Source: Eutreptiella sp. 'Long Island Sound 2002' | Lineage: Eukaryota > Protista > Euglenida | Reading direction: 5' to 3' | Assembly: GCA_964036045.1 (NCBI GenBank) | Contig: OZ038378.1 | Location: forward strand, 3,534,001 to 3,598,000 | Length of the DNA stretch: 64,000 bases | In this document: positions 29,114 to 41,050 of the stretch, piece by piece | Numbering within the stretch: the first letter of the stretch is position 1 | How the letters are laid out: every line of letters starts with the position of its first letter | Position numbers and translations under genes: made by a program | The notes under the pieces: model-generated | What the model was told of the DNA's origin: nothing | Seen by the model: the letters and a program-made list of their open reading frames with translations, nothing else | Databases searched by the model: none

Positions 29114-30612
29114 ATGCGTATTGATTCATTTATCAGAGTTGTTGACGAGACCATACGACCACTTCTCTACAACAAGCTGCACATGCTAGCTGCGGGTCCT
29201 CCCTCCTCCAGCTTTTTGATGGCTGCACCCAGTAGTGCAACCAATGTGGCTTCTTGGAATTATCTTTACTGCAACAGAGATGAGACAGGCAAAGAACACA
29301 CAAAGTATAGCAGGCCATACAATGTAGTAGCATTTTGCCTCAGACCAAAACCACCCACTGATATATCCCTTGTACTAATACAACGTGCCTTAGAGAACCC
29401 AAGGTATGATAGCAAGGAATACCATGTTGTTTCAGCTAGTGTGACTGAGACTGATTTAGGGATCCTGTACTATGGCAGACCAGATACTACGTTGCATACT
29501 TGTGATAGGGCGGTCAGCGTGTTTCTGGCAGAGGCATATCGGGAAACAGCCATGTCGTATGTAACTGCTAAGATCTGCCCCATTTTGTTCACATGTATGT
29601 TGGAAGATGACACTTATGCAAGTGCCAACGTGATGCGGAAGCAAACAAAACGGTTGTCGAAATGGTTGCCCGAGGAGTTTCGCACGCAAGTGTTGGGTGC
29701 GGTGACGCGCACTGAGGGTGTTGAGTGGAGTGCGTTGAAACCCGTGGATGTGAAATTGCTACATTGTACCCCATGCGCCCCATGGGATGGGTATCAGTTG
29801 GTCCATTCGGATCACAACCTTATGGGTCCACCTTGGATGAAGGATTGTATCCAAGTCTTTATTCCCTTGGACAATGTTCCTGCCGAGTGTGCTTTGCAAG
29901 TCGGAGTGGGTTCACATCAGGTTGGGCAACATGAGTCCAATCGTTGGGATGTGTGTTCCATGGAATTGGGTGACATCCTTCTTTTAAAAGGTTGCACCTT
30001 TCATCGCGGGGCAGGTGGTGGGGAAAAGGGGCGCTACACTTTGTTCATCCCGTTTGTCCCTTTGGAGCATGCTGCCACCATGTCAAAGGTGCATCTTGCT
30101 CGCCAATTGTATGCCCTTCCTCCTAGGGTTCAATTTCTGAAAGATGCCAAAGGTGTTCCTATCCCTTGGGAATCTTTTACCCATTTTTCGGCTCCGTTGC
30201 TTGTTCGGCGACGGCAAGCTATCCCCTATTGTGGTGACGTTGTGATTTTGGGCCATGGTGTGCAAGGTGCAACTTTCTTTTTTAAGTGCCCCCCCGGCCC
30301 CGAGGAGCCACCATGTCCCTTGGCCCGGTTTCACCGTGTTACCTCCCGAAGGCAAGTTTTGACGGCGGGACACGGTTTACGGTTGAGAAAGGTTCGTTGG
30401 TGTTCACGTTTGCCACGTGTGGTTACGTGTTGAGGCGGGATGAGGATGGGCCGGAATGGATGGAGTGGGCAGCCATGGGGCATGCCGTGCATGTGGCGCC
30501 CGCTAGTGTTGCGGAGGCGGTGGAGCAGAACTGGGTGGTGCAGCGGCCAACGGCGACGGGCGGAATGGCGTACTCATGTGGGTGCATGGACCATTGTGAT
30601 AATTATGGGGAG
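29114..30612 (+). pseudogene. PhyH-like 2OG-Fe(II) dioxygenase-containing ORF with a probable frameshift near 30290-30330
   Basis: Motifs QLVHSDH (HxD at 29804-29812), IQVFIPLDNVPAECALQVGVGSHQ, MELGDILLLKGCTFHRGAG (distal H at 30002) and GRYTLFIPF. A protein-like continuation follows in the frame of ORF 30286, ending at a phase-0 donor GAG|GTATGC at 30613. Confidence 0.75.
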
Positions 30613-30637
30613 GTATGCATTTCTTGCGCATGTGGCA

Positions 30638-30853
30638 CGTACGCACCACGTACGTTTTGTGCAAGTGCCTCGTACGCGTTGCGTTTTTGGTGCGTACGTG
30701 TTGACCTGCCAACACGTACGCGTAGGCCACACAGATCGCACGTGTTGGGGTAGCAACACGTACGCGTTGCCCGAGCGACTCGTACGCGTTGGCGTACCAG
30801 CACGTACGTGTTGCCCAAGTAGATCGTACGCGCTAATGTACCAACGCGTACGT
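30638..30853. repeat. CGTACG-palindrome array 1 (10 copies) inside predicted intron 30613-30917
   Basis: Counted directly from the sequence. Confidence 0.85.
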
Positions 30854-30917
30854 GTTGCGTGCGCTGCCCACACGTGTTGTTTCATAATTAACGTGTCTCT
30901 ATGCTTTCCTCTTACAG

Positions 30918-32150
30918 TTGAACGTCACCCCCGTCAAGTACAAGGAGCGGCGCCCTTGGCCCTCTAAAGCACAAGTGCGCCCGACGCCTCCGGATGCGGG
31001 CCGGAAGGCGCTGAAGCCGAAGGGGCTTCTTCAGAGCCCCCCAGGCGCTCCATTGGTTGCCCCGGACCCTGAGTCGATAGGGACAATTGCAGGGCAGCTG
31101 GTGCAGGTGAGTAAGGAGGATGTGGTGGACAACGTCCATGTTGGGGATGTTGCCAAGCATAGTTTTTTTTATCAGGTTACGTTGCAGGCAAGGGTAAAGG
31201 AAGACAGTGGTGTGGTCTCATGGCTTGAGCCCATGATGGTCCGCTTTCCCATGTGGATGAAGGGCCATGCCGTTGGCAGGGACCCTGCAGCAGTTTTTAT
31301 TGGGGGGACTTTGTACCAGATCAAGGGTGACAGCCACATTTACGTGCAGACATGGCGTGTGCAGGGAGGGCAGCTCAAGCAGGCCAAGCGTGTTCAGTGG
31401 TCAGGGGTGGCGGGCTACCTCCCAATCACCGACGCTGCTGTTGTTGCAGAGGTGGATGGTGCAATGGAGAGGTGGAAGCTTCTCGTCGGGGGAAGGTTGG
31501 GGGGAAGAGGGACACGGGGACGGGGGGGGGAAGAGGAGGGCTACAACACCGACCAATCGCGGCACGGTTCTCGTATGTCCCGTGCCAAGAAACCAAAGCT
31601 TGGTGCCAAGGGGGGCCCCATAGTCCCCCCACAGCTCCCCACCTCCCCCTCAGGACCAATGCACCTCAAAGACACACAGGCGCAGCTAAAGGCGCGAATT
31701 GTGGAACTTGAGAAGGTGCGCAAGGAGAGTGCGACGGCACAGAAAGCTGCAGAGGACATGCTGAGGGAAGAGCGTGTAAAGTGGGAGGAAGAGCGAAGAG
31801 AAAAAGACAGTGAGATTAGGGACTTAAGAGTGAAGGTGCAGGATGCCTCTGTGAGGGCAAGCAAGAAAGGCCCAGCCAGCCCTGGCCCTGGGGAGGGGGG
31901 GAAAGATGTGGAAGACTAGAGGATTTTTTTGCAGCTGGCAGCAATGGAAATCAGGGATGGCCTTGTCCAAGCCACCACATCCATTGAGGATCTGAGGGAT
32001 TCACTGCAGGATGCAAGAGGTAGGGAGACATCACAGGGACAGAAGACTCTCACAGCCCTTATAGCATTGAGGGACAAGTACAATGTCCAGAGTCTACAGC
32101 TAGGCAAGCCGGCGGAGCAGCCCGGCGGTGGCAATGGTGGTGGGGGTTGA
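30918..32150 (+). CDS. Downstream exon(s) of the dioxygenase locus: unknown globular domain, G/P linker and coiled coil
   Basis: Phase-0 acceptor ctttcctcttacag ends at 30917. A 333-codon open frame includes a coiled coil (LKARIVELEKVRKES..EERREKDSEIRDL). A phase-0 GT-AG intron at 31851-31934 (TCT|GTGAGG..tttttttgcag) would remove the TAG at 31917. Confidence 0.6.
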
Positions 32151-32786
32151 CTCCCAGGGGCTGCTGCTCTCCCCTCCTCCCACATATGTTTTTTGTTGGA
32201 GGGGTTGGATGGGGGGGCGTGGCACTCCAAGGACAGGTGGGGAGTACGATTGCGTTCCGCGATGTTTGGGGTGGTGCAGCGTGGCAATGTCCGGGTGGCG
32301 GTTGCAACACGCAACTTCCCGAAGGTGTGCCGGGCCATCAACGCCTACGGGCGCGCACGGTTGCCATAATCGTGGTTCACTTGGAGTGCCGTCCAAGTGA
32401 ACCATGGTATTTCCCCTTCAAGCACTAGGCCAGGGCAAAAGCACCAGGACCACCTGCCCTTGAGTGCCATTGTGACTGTTGGTGATTTTTCAGGTGGGGA
32501 GTTTTGTGTGGAAGAGGCGGGGCTCGTGTTCCCCAAAAGGGGAACCCGCCCCTACACAATGGCATGTGTTGCAGGGCCAGAGGGCCAAGACAGAGTGGAT
32601 GAGGATGGGGTGGCATTGGATGCCCGGAATGGGGTTGTTTTTTGCATTGGTGCTTTGCACATGCCAGCCCCGTGGCGTGGTGAGCGCTACGCACTGGTGT
32701 TTTTTACCCAGGTCGGTCTCGGCAAGGTGTCCTGGGAGGACCTCGTACTGCTGCGGAGTCTTGGGTTCCGGCTATGTGCCGGGTAG
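32151..32786 (+). pseudogene. TET/JBP-like 2OG-Fe(II) dioxygenase domain with one in-frame TAA (32367-32369)
   Basis: Reads RSAMFGVV..ATRNFPKVCRAINAY..*SWFTWSAVQVNHG..KHQDHLPLSAIVTVGDFSGGEFCV..LDARNGVVF..LHMPAPWRGERYALVFFT. HxD at 32442-32450, distal H at 32658, 2OG-binding R at 32685, followed by the RxxLVF strand typical of the TET/JBP family. Same reading frame as 30918-32150. Confidence 0.72.
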
Positions 32787-32859
32787 CATGTGCATGCATT
32801 GTGCATTAATGATTGATGGGTGAAGTGTGCGTCAACACGCGCGCGTTGTGGCATGGGCG

Positions 32860-33065
32860 CGTACGCGCTGGCGTACGTGGTGCGTACGCGTTACGGTGTT
32901 GCATCGTACGCGTTGCTGTGTTGGCGCGTACACGCTGGGGTCATGACGCGTAAGATTCGCTGTTCTGGCGCGTACGCGTTGGGTTCATGAAACGTACGAT
33001 TCGGTGTTGTGGAACGTACACATTAAGAATGGAACGCGTACGCGGCTCGTACGCGCAGACGTACG
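32860..33065. repeat. CGTACG-palindrome array 2 (9 copies) just 3' of the TET/JBP-like domain
   Basis: Counted directly; similar to array 1. Confidence 0.85.
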
Positions 33066-33160
33066 TGTTGTATGTTGCCTATACGTGTGAAGCTTGTTGT
33101 GTCCATGCACCCCCCCCCCTTGTTGTCTTTCCCTAGGGTTTTTTTTTCCCCCCTCAAGGG

Positions 33161-36100
33161 ACATGCCCCCGTTCAAGGAGTACCAACAACTGGGAAGGAC
33201 TAAGAGATGGGAACGGATGGCCGAACTGCAAACGGCAGTCACAGAAATTCTTGGCCCAACCTGGCAAGTGCAAGCTGGCGAAAACGTGGGATGACGCAGT
33301 TTCACCGAGTGTAACCATAACTCCTTGCGCGCCCCTGTTGCGTAACGACAATCTGTTTCTCTGTCTACCAACAACTGAAAGAAGTACCTCACACGGAGCA
33401 CGTAATAAAACGCACCAGAAAGTTCAAAGTAACCAAACTCGAGCTCGCAATCACCACGAAACCATCTTGCTGGAAGGGGCGTCTATGAGAAATGAGATCC
33501 TGTGCACCGTGAAACCCCAGTCACACGAAATTATATCCACCTTTGTCGAAAAGGGCAAACAGCTTCACAGAACCTCCATCTCAAATGCAGAAATCAGCCA
33601 CTCAGCAGTGAATTCCATGTAGATCCTGAGCCATAACGAATCCACCCGACGACTTCACCTTGCCGAACAAGACTTTCACGCCCGCTGCTCCTCACAGGCC
33701 AACGGATGGATACACGACCACGTACATGTAGGACAGCATTTATTGGCCTCCTACTGTCCTGTTATTCGAAGAACTTTGAAACCAAACTCCGTGCCCACGT
33801 GAGTGAAGAAGAACTTATATCTCGGAAGAAGTGCACCGGACCTGATCACGTGTCCTGGACTCGCCGAGTACTAGGTGCCCAAATCAAATCCCACAGCAGG
33901 GACAAAACTTTTCGCACTGCCTGGCAACACATGGTTTCCCTTAACCATTGTGATCTTGACCCGTTTCGCAATCCAGACCAGCTGCTTCAAAACTTTTAAC
34001 GCACCCGGCATGTTGGATGGCCCTTGCATAACTCACTTTCCTGCAAAAATGCCCCTTCAAAGTAAGCCGTGGGCCGATATTCTAGAACAAGACGAACGCT
34101 TCTGGGATGGGAGGTCCACTTAGGCAATGTCATCCACCTTTCATGCCATAATGTCCATTCCCTGTGACCTATCTCTCCCATCACACATTCCCTCAAAGGA
34201 GTCAGATCCTCTGCTGGCTATTTCAGGTGCTGCTTTAGAACGGGCACAATCTTTCTTTAGATACCAGTACATTATCGAAGAGACACAATCTTTCGCCTTT
34301 CTCTTAAAGGCCACTAAAGCTCTCCCCTTTACCGATCACCTCATGTATTTAGTCAACACTGCTATCAAGTATGATCAGATGAAATGGGAAGTTTTTACCA
34401 TCTTCAAGGTCTAGTCCGCACTGATTGCTCGTGTCACACTTTAGACGTGCGGTAGCTTTGCTCTATGATATATGCTGTTTTGTTTATTCAATTTTTTCAT
34501 TCTTTTGCTTTTTGATGAAGTCTTGCGCCGCTCTCACATATATATGTGCCCAACAGTGCATACATATCATGCATCAAGCCTCTAAGTGAGCAGTGACTAA
34601 GACACAGTAGTCCTGAGCCTAACAAACTCATTGCGACATTGTGTTCTGTGTCCTGATGCCATGCCATGCCACCTGGGCCGCTTATAATTTTTCTTGAATA
34701 GCTTTGGTCAAGCTTTGGTAAACCCTGCTCTCCAAGTCTGCCTCTTGGAAACGACCTTTTACGAAACGTTCCTCGTCTACACTCCTCCTCCCACCCACAC
34801 ACAGTGACTTAGCCTAGCAGGGTCCCGAGGCAACTCACGTGACCGGCAGCGGCAGAGTCCTGTATGAAATGAAACACTGAAATACTGTTTCCTCTGAAAA
34901 CTCAGTCTCTCACTACCAACACCACAACTCAACCAGCCCTCAGGTTTCTTTTTAGCGAGAGTTACCTCTCTGAAGTTTTGCTTAGTTACCAATGAAAGTT
35001 TGAAACCCAAACAAGGTCTACAATAAACCAAGATATCTATTCACCCATCATGTCACCAATCTTCCACTATTTTCCTTGTCTCCACCTATCCAACTTCTCT
35101 CAAAGTGTACCATATTCGGTGTTCATGAGTGTGAAATGAGACATTCCCGGAAGCATGTCAACGCTTATGTGACCCGGGAGGCCCCACCCGGATTACTGGG
35201 AGCCACAGAGCAAAAGATTGGTTTGTTTCACCGTGGTCATTTCTGCAGTGCAATCATTATCTCAATTGTCTTGCTTACCAACCATATTTAGGTGATAACG
35301 TTTACAACATATTCCCGTCCATGATTCAGTGTCTCCTTTACCCCGGTTTGCTTTGTACTATTTCTACATCCTGCACAACATACACTAATTCCACAATGGT
35401 GCTTCCAACGAATTGGCACCGCTCTATCGCTACCCCGAAAATCTACAGAACCGTCTTTCCGGATCTTTCAAAACATCCAGGCAACACTTGTCGGGCCAAT
35501 TAATTTTTCAGTTGTGGCCTCTCTACTCAGTAAACCGTTATATCGGCTCGGACAAAAAATTACTCCCCTACCACAACGCCACTGTATTATGTATACACAA
35601 TGCCCGTACTCACAAGTGGCCCCTCCGCTTTCATATATTCTCACTCCCACAATTCCCATTCCACAGTACATACCTCCATGTGCAGGTAAACAATTTTTCT
35701 GGACGGTCTGGAATGCAGAATTTCATATCCGACGTCAGGCCTTTGCCAATCTACGGGCACCGCGTGCCTGGGATGAAACTTTCCAGTCCGTCCAACGGTG
35801 CATCCCAGTGCTCCCATACTCCTCATTCCCACACATCTGCAAACTACTTCGTATGGTTGACCGGTCGGTCTTGAATGGACTGAATTATCCTAGACAGTGG
35901 CTCTACGCCTCATTCTCATTTCCATCTATTACGGCCAGACAGGGGCCATCTCACAACCCAGGGCCGTTTTCACACGATGGAACAATAAAGTTTCGCGTGG
36001 AAAAAACTTCAGAAGTCGGCATACCATCGTGGCCCATCTTACTTCAAAATGTTGCACATTATGGGCCACACCTCTTTTTTACCCCTCCCTATTCGAGCCT

Positions 36101-36513
36101 TGCTGTTGTTCCAGGCCGATGCAATTGAACAGCAAACAATTGTGCAGAACCCTCCTACTCTCAATGATCGTAAACATAGACAACGTTGTTTTTTACGGTG
36201 GCTTGTCCGACACTGCATGACACGCCCATTATCCACTCTTCGTCTCCAAGATCCAGCGTACTGGGACAACCAAATTTCTGCTTTACGACTACCCTTTTCA
36301 GGGGTAGATGCATTGCGCATCCTCATCCACTCGAAAGGTGTTGTCCCGACATGGAAAAACCATACACGGGGGCTCAAAAATCCGCATGGCCGTAAACCCG
36401 CTTGCTCGCAAAGCCACGCCAATGCTGCGGAATTGGGGGCGTTTCCGCCAAGCACATGCCGCGGGTTTCTGGCTAAATTTGACGTGATCAACAAGGATTG
36501 TTTTTATGATTAG
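33161..36513 (+). pseudogene. Decayed, multiply frameshifted coding relics of unknown family
   Basis: A chain of overlapping plus-strand protein-like segments (33161-33294, 33251-33622, 33706-33999, 34127-34414, 35413-36128, 36049-36513). No domain was recognised. Confidence 0.35.
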
Positions 36514-36913
36514 AAAATAGTTTTTACAAGGGTTGGATGGATTTTATTAAGTTTTTATTAAGTATTGGTGGTATTACAATCCATTGCATTATAATTATCC
36601 GTGTTTGAGTTAACTGCGAACATTTTCATCGTATGCTTCTGTGTAGTGTTCATGTTGCGCTATGTGGTCCGCCAGTCCCAACAAGAGGACGCCGAGGACG
36701 TAGGGCAGACAGCAGCAAGGTCCCTCACAACCGCACTGGACGACGTGTTGCGCGCTACTGAGCAAAAGGCCCCAAAGAGGAAGCGTGAGTGTGAGCTTCC
36801 TAAGGAGCCAGTCCCTCGAAAGGTCAACACCGCAAGTAGTACTGTTACAGTATATAGAGCTAACGTCTACCGCCGCGCGAAGTAGAGTAGGGGTGTGGTG
36901 GTGTCCTGTCTGA

Positions 36914-38283
36914 CATCCCACCAGTGCCTGCCGCCACTGCATCAGAGGCGCCGCGCACAAGTCATGGAGCGCTGAGGACAAGAGGCAATGCGCCGCAAAG
37001 TATGAAGAGCCGGACCACAACTACAACGCCCTACGACTGGTGTATGGCATCGATACCCCTCCTGGAGGCACCTTGCGTGGTTGGCTCAAGGATGTGTTGG
37101 CAGCCCTGGACGTGATGGGTTGTCATAAAGGCCAGGTAAATGTGCCGCTTGGTACTTTTGCGTGCACACACTAGCTTGGGTTTTCAGGAGGAGATTGTCC
37201 ACATTTCTTGTCTTGTCTTGGGGAAAAACATGCTCTGATGTTGAGTAGGTGGAGGGGTCTGGGTATTGGTATGGATAGAGCCCTTCCACCAGCGCCTCCC
37301 TGCTCCCGAGCGGTCGGGTGTTCCCGCACTGGTCGCCTCTTCGGACTCGTGAGGCATCCGGGGGCCACCACTGCCATAGCCGCCGGCCGCGGGCACGAAA
37401 CACGGCAGTACCCTCTATGACTCCTCCTCGTCACAATATTGCCATGATATGGTACTTTCAAAACACCCTCTCGGGCCGGAGAGGATACCCCACGATAGGC
37501 AGCAGGGAACCCGAACACATGCGGGCATCTACAGATGGGACGCGCGAGACTCCCGCCCCGTGTGTTGGGGTCCTTAGCTCCTAGGCACCGTTGTGGCCAC
37601 ACACCATGGCCATGCAACGGTGTGCTCCACGTCATGCTGTGCATACCTTGGGCACGCTCTGTGATGTGCTGTGCACGGTCTGTTTATGCCATGTGCTGGC
37701 CGACGTACGCAAACCGAGCATAGGTGACAGCCTGTGAGAGGCTCCCCATCAATTGCCCAGATGGTGAATCCATTCTAGAGCTAAGCAGACACTACATACG
37801 TCTGAGATGCTTCAAATTCTTGTAGGGTTTGGGGATGGCTCATGCCGGGGCCAGCACCCCTGAGAAAAGGCTTATGGGATGGGACGCTGCCAACGGATAG
37901 GGGGCCGTGACTTCTGTCAAGGGCGGACCAGGACTTCTCACACGAAAGGAAGAGACGCTGCTGCTGGAGTATCTGCAAACGCTGTGGTCAGAGGTACACA
38001 CCACCGGCGTTGTGTGACACACAGCGACGCAAATGTCCTGAGCATGCCAATGCGCGCACTGATCCTACCTGTTCCTGTGCAGGCGATAGTTGTGGATGTG
38101 GGCACGATTCAACTGCCGGCGAAGACTGTTTGTGTCGAGGTGCGCGGCGTGGAAGGCCCAGTCAGCAGTCGCGGATGGGTTTACCATTTTCGCAAGAGGC
38201 ACGGCATCAGCAATGGGATGCAGAGATGTACGTCACTGTCACGAAGAGCGATGGTACCAAGAATTGCGCCGAAGGTGGTGTGA
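36914..38283 (+). pseudogene. pogo/CENP-B-type DNA-binding relic (N-terminal HTH plus Tc5-type HTH)
   Basis: KSWSAEDKRQCAAKY..ALRLVYGI..GTLRGWLK at about 36960-37090 and SSRGWVYHFRKRHGIS at about 38165-38215, matching the Tc5/CENP-B HTH signature SxGWxxxFxxRHxI. No DDE domain was found. Confidence 0.55.
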
Positions 38284-39269
38284 ACAACATGATAATGCTT
38301 AAGATTAAGGTCCGTTGATTTTTGCTCCCTCCCCCCCTACGAATAATATTGTGTCCCCTGCCACAAGGGCTTTATAAGCATTGACAACTGTGTGTGACAC
38401 AATGAGTGTCACTGACGACTCTGTCACTGACTATGACTATCTATTTTTATATTCATATTTTTTTCTGCAATTGGCCTTTTCCTGTGCAGCACCTCTCTCT
38501 TGGCAGCCTGTGTTGCTGGCTGCCCTTTCCGTGAGTGAACTGTGTTTCAGACGTCGACAACAAAAAAGGATATCCGACTACTTACTGTGCCCTGTCCATT
38601 GGTGAGGGAATTGCTTACATGGGGCTCCTGTTGTTGAACACCTTTTGCAAAACTAATGCATCAGTGAATTGCTACAACAGTGCAAAAGCCTTTTAGAAAA
38701 AACAGCGATAAAATTTCCAACAGTGCAAGCTTGAATAGTAGTTGTTGTGCAGCGAGGGTGTACCATTTGCGAAAAATTGCGAAAAAACTTAGCAAAAATT
38801 TCTTCAAAAATTTCTGAAAAATTTCAATCCATCTCCAATAAATCTCCAGAAAAATATCAATCAGTTACAAAAACATTTCCACAGATTTCCCAACATAGGT
38901 GATACAAATTGCCAAACAAATTTCAAAACTTTGCAGAAATATTCCCCGCCCCCCAAAAAAGAAATTCTAAAAAATGTCAAAATAATTGGATACTCATTAC
39001 AACAAATTTTGAACAAACTTTTTGAGAAAAAAATGCAAAAAAGTCCAACAAACCCCAGGGTTTTTAGGGAACAATGGTGCTTCAAAGGACGGAAGGTGTG
39101 CCACTTTTGGGCCATTTTTGAGCGTTCCCGGGGGTGCGCCAGATTTTGGGCATTTTTGAAGGTTTGGGTCGGGGTGCGCCAGTTTTCGAGCGCGCTAGTT
39201 TTTGGGCCCCCCTGTACACTACAACTTCGACTGCTCCCATTAATTGATCATCGCTTTCATACTGAATTA

Positions 39270-41050
39270 CCACGCTAACTGCTGCTAAAAAATCCCCTGC
39301 ATCACTTCTCGTGATACCCGCCATATCAAACAATCGTTCCGTAATTTATGCACTCTACAACACTGCCAAAACCTCACAGTCCCTAATTGTTCTTGTCAGT
39401 CACCCACGTAAACTCCTCCATGTATTCACCCGTGATCGATTGCAGTCATCAATTCATGAATACCGTGATTATGTTGCCCAGCATGTTGATCATGAAGATT
39501 GTATCCTGAATGGACCCAAATTAGCACAGTCAGTGCCTAATTCCTTCTCCTCTTTACTCCATGCCCCTCTGAACAAGACTGTCACCCCGGCTCCATTTTC
39601 TGCCGATTATACTATTGCTGAACAATTGCAAAAAAAACGGGACCAGATTCCTAAAGCTGCACCTTTCCCTTTTAAGGAATTCGCCGCTGCTGTACATAAC
39701 ATTCTCAATACACACCTCCACTCCCAACGTGTCAAGGATGCTTGCATTCCTGCAAATACATTACAACGTTTCAAAGATTCATACCCAGATCACCTCCCTG
39801 TACGCGTGGACAAGTATCCACTACTTTTTGTGGTGGCTACAATGGTGACTTTCAGCCGTCTCGTTTTGCAAACAACCCTCCACTCACCTAATTACAGATT
39901 GATTATGACAGCGAAATCCAGAAATCCAGTACCAGAGCTCGCCATATTTTGCTGTTAAATTACTATTTCTGTGCACGGTTGTACCCTGAACTTGTGAATG
40001 GACTTTCGGCAATGCGCCAACGCAACAATCCCTCTCTATATTCTTTCTCTATATATTCCAACTCTCAAAGGTCTGCCCATTCCTATGCCCCACATTCCCT
40101 TACGTCCTATCCAACCAAAAAATCTTCTACGCCCGAAGCATATTCTACTTCTCCATGCTGAGACTGTCCTGCGTCAGACGGACTGCATATTATACATGCC
40201 GCCACGCCAACCCTACCCATCCCGCCGTATACGTCCTGTTCACCCCCCTTCAGTTGTCATCTCCATTAAAGGAAAAAGTTTGCCCTACACCCCACCCATG
40301 CGGCTGGCAAAAGTGTCCACCCGGGAAATTTTCACAACTGGGGCTCACCCCTGAAAACCCCATTATAGGGTTGTTGCTGGGGCAGCTTCCACAATATGTC
40401 AGTTATTTCAATCCTCATTTTTTACTCTCCAGGTATTGAATCAAAAGCATTTCGTCTCACAATTTCTCGTCCCTGCACGTGATTCTTTCGCTGCCCTGAA
40501 TATTGATGTTGCAGGGTTCGAATTAGACTTAGAACACATGTTTCCCCGTCTGAAACATCATAATTGCAACCTGCATACTCAACTTTGATTGCTGGTGTCC
40601 AAAAGATGTACTGCTACAATCGCACAGACAAAAACCTGCACTTGTCCATTGCTAAAGGATTGGAAAAAACATTGGACACTATTGGCAAAAAACCTGACAA
40701 ATATTATCATGTCTTTGCTGGCACGCAACTTGTCGATTGCCTGACTCTGGAGGGTTACCTTAACGATCTGTTTCAGATAGGTACACGTATCCATGAGCAG
40801 TTTACCGGGGTCTCAATTGGCGGGACTGCGGCGTCACAAAATGCCAACACCATTTCAATGTACGATGAGAGTACCGTAAACTGGGACCACAAACTGCCTC
40901 CACATACCAAGCTTTGCAGATACATGGACAATGTTGTTTGTTTGTGCCTGAAAAGTCAACTCCTACACACTGCGTTTTTCGTCAAGCGTATGCTTCACCG
41001 TATATATATATACAGCGCCGCTCACACTTGAGCAATTGGGGACCAACCTC
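39270..41050 (+). mobile_element. Degenerate Penelope-like (PLE) reverse transcriptase
   Basis: VRVDKYPLLFVV, FELDLEHMFPRL, LFQIGTRIHEQFTGVSIGGTAASQNANTISMYDE and LCRYMDNVV correspond to the PLE RT motifs ADK, DxxSLY, YxQxxGxxMG..AN and RYVDD. The element is frameshifted. Confidence 0.65.

Noticed and set aside
30918-32786. Stop-codon reassignment as the explanation for three in-frame stops
   Set aside because: The stops are of all three types (TAG, TGA, TAA), one is removable by splicing, frameshifts also occur nearby, and intact genes end on normal TGA/TAG. Decay is more parsimonious.
33161-36513. Endogenous virus or Polinton genes
   Set aside because: No capsid, packaging ATPase, pPolB or integrase motif was recognisable by eye, so the region is left as unidentified relics.
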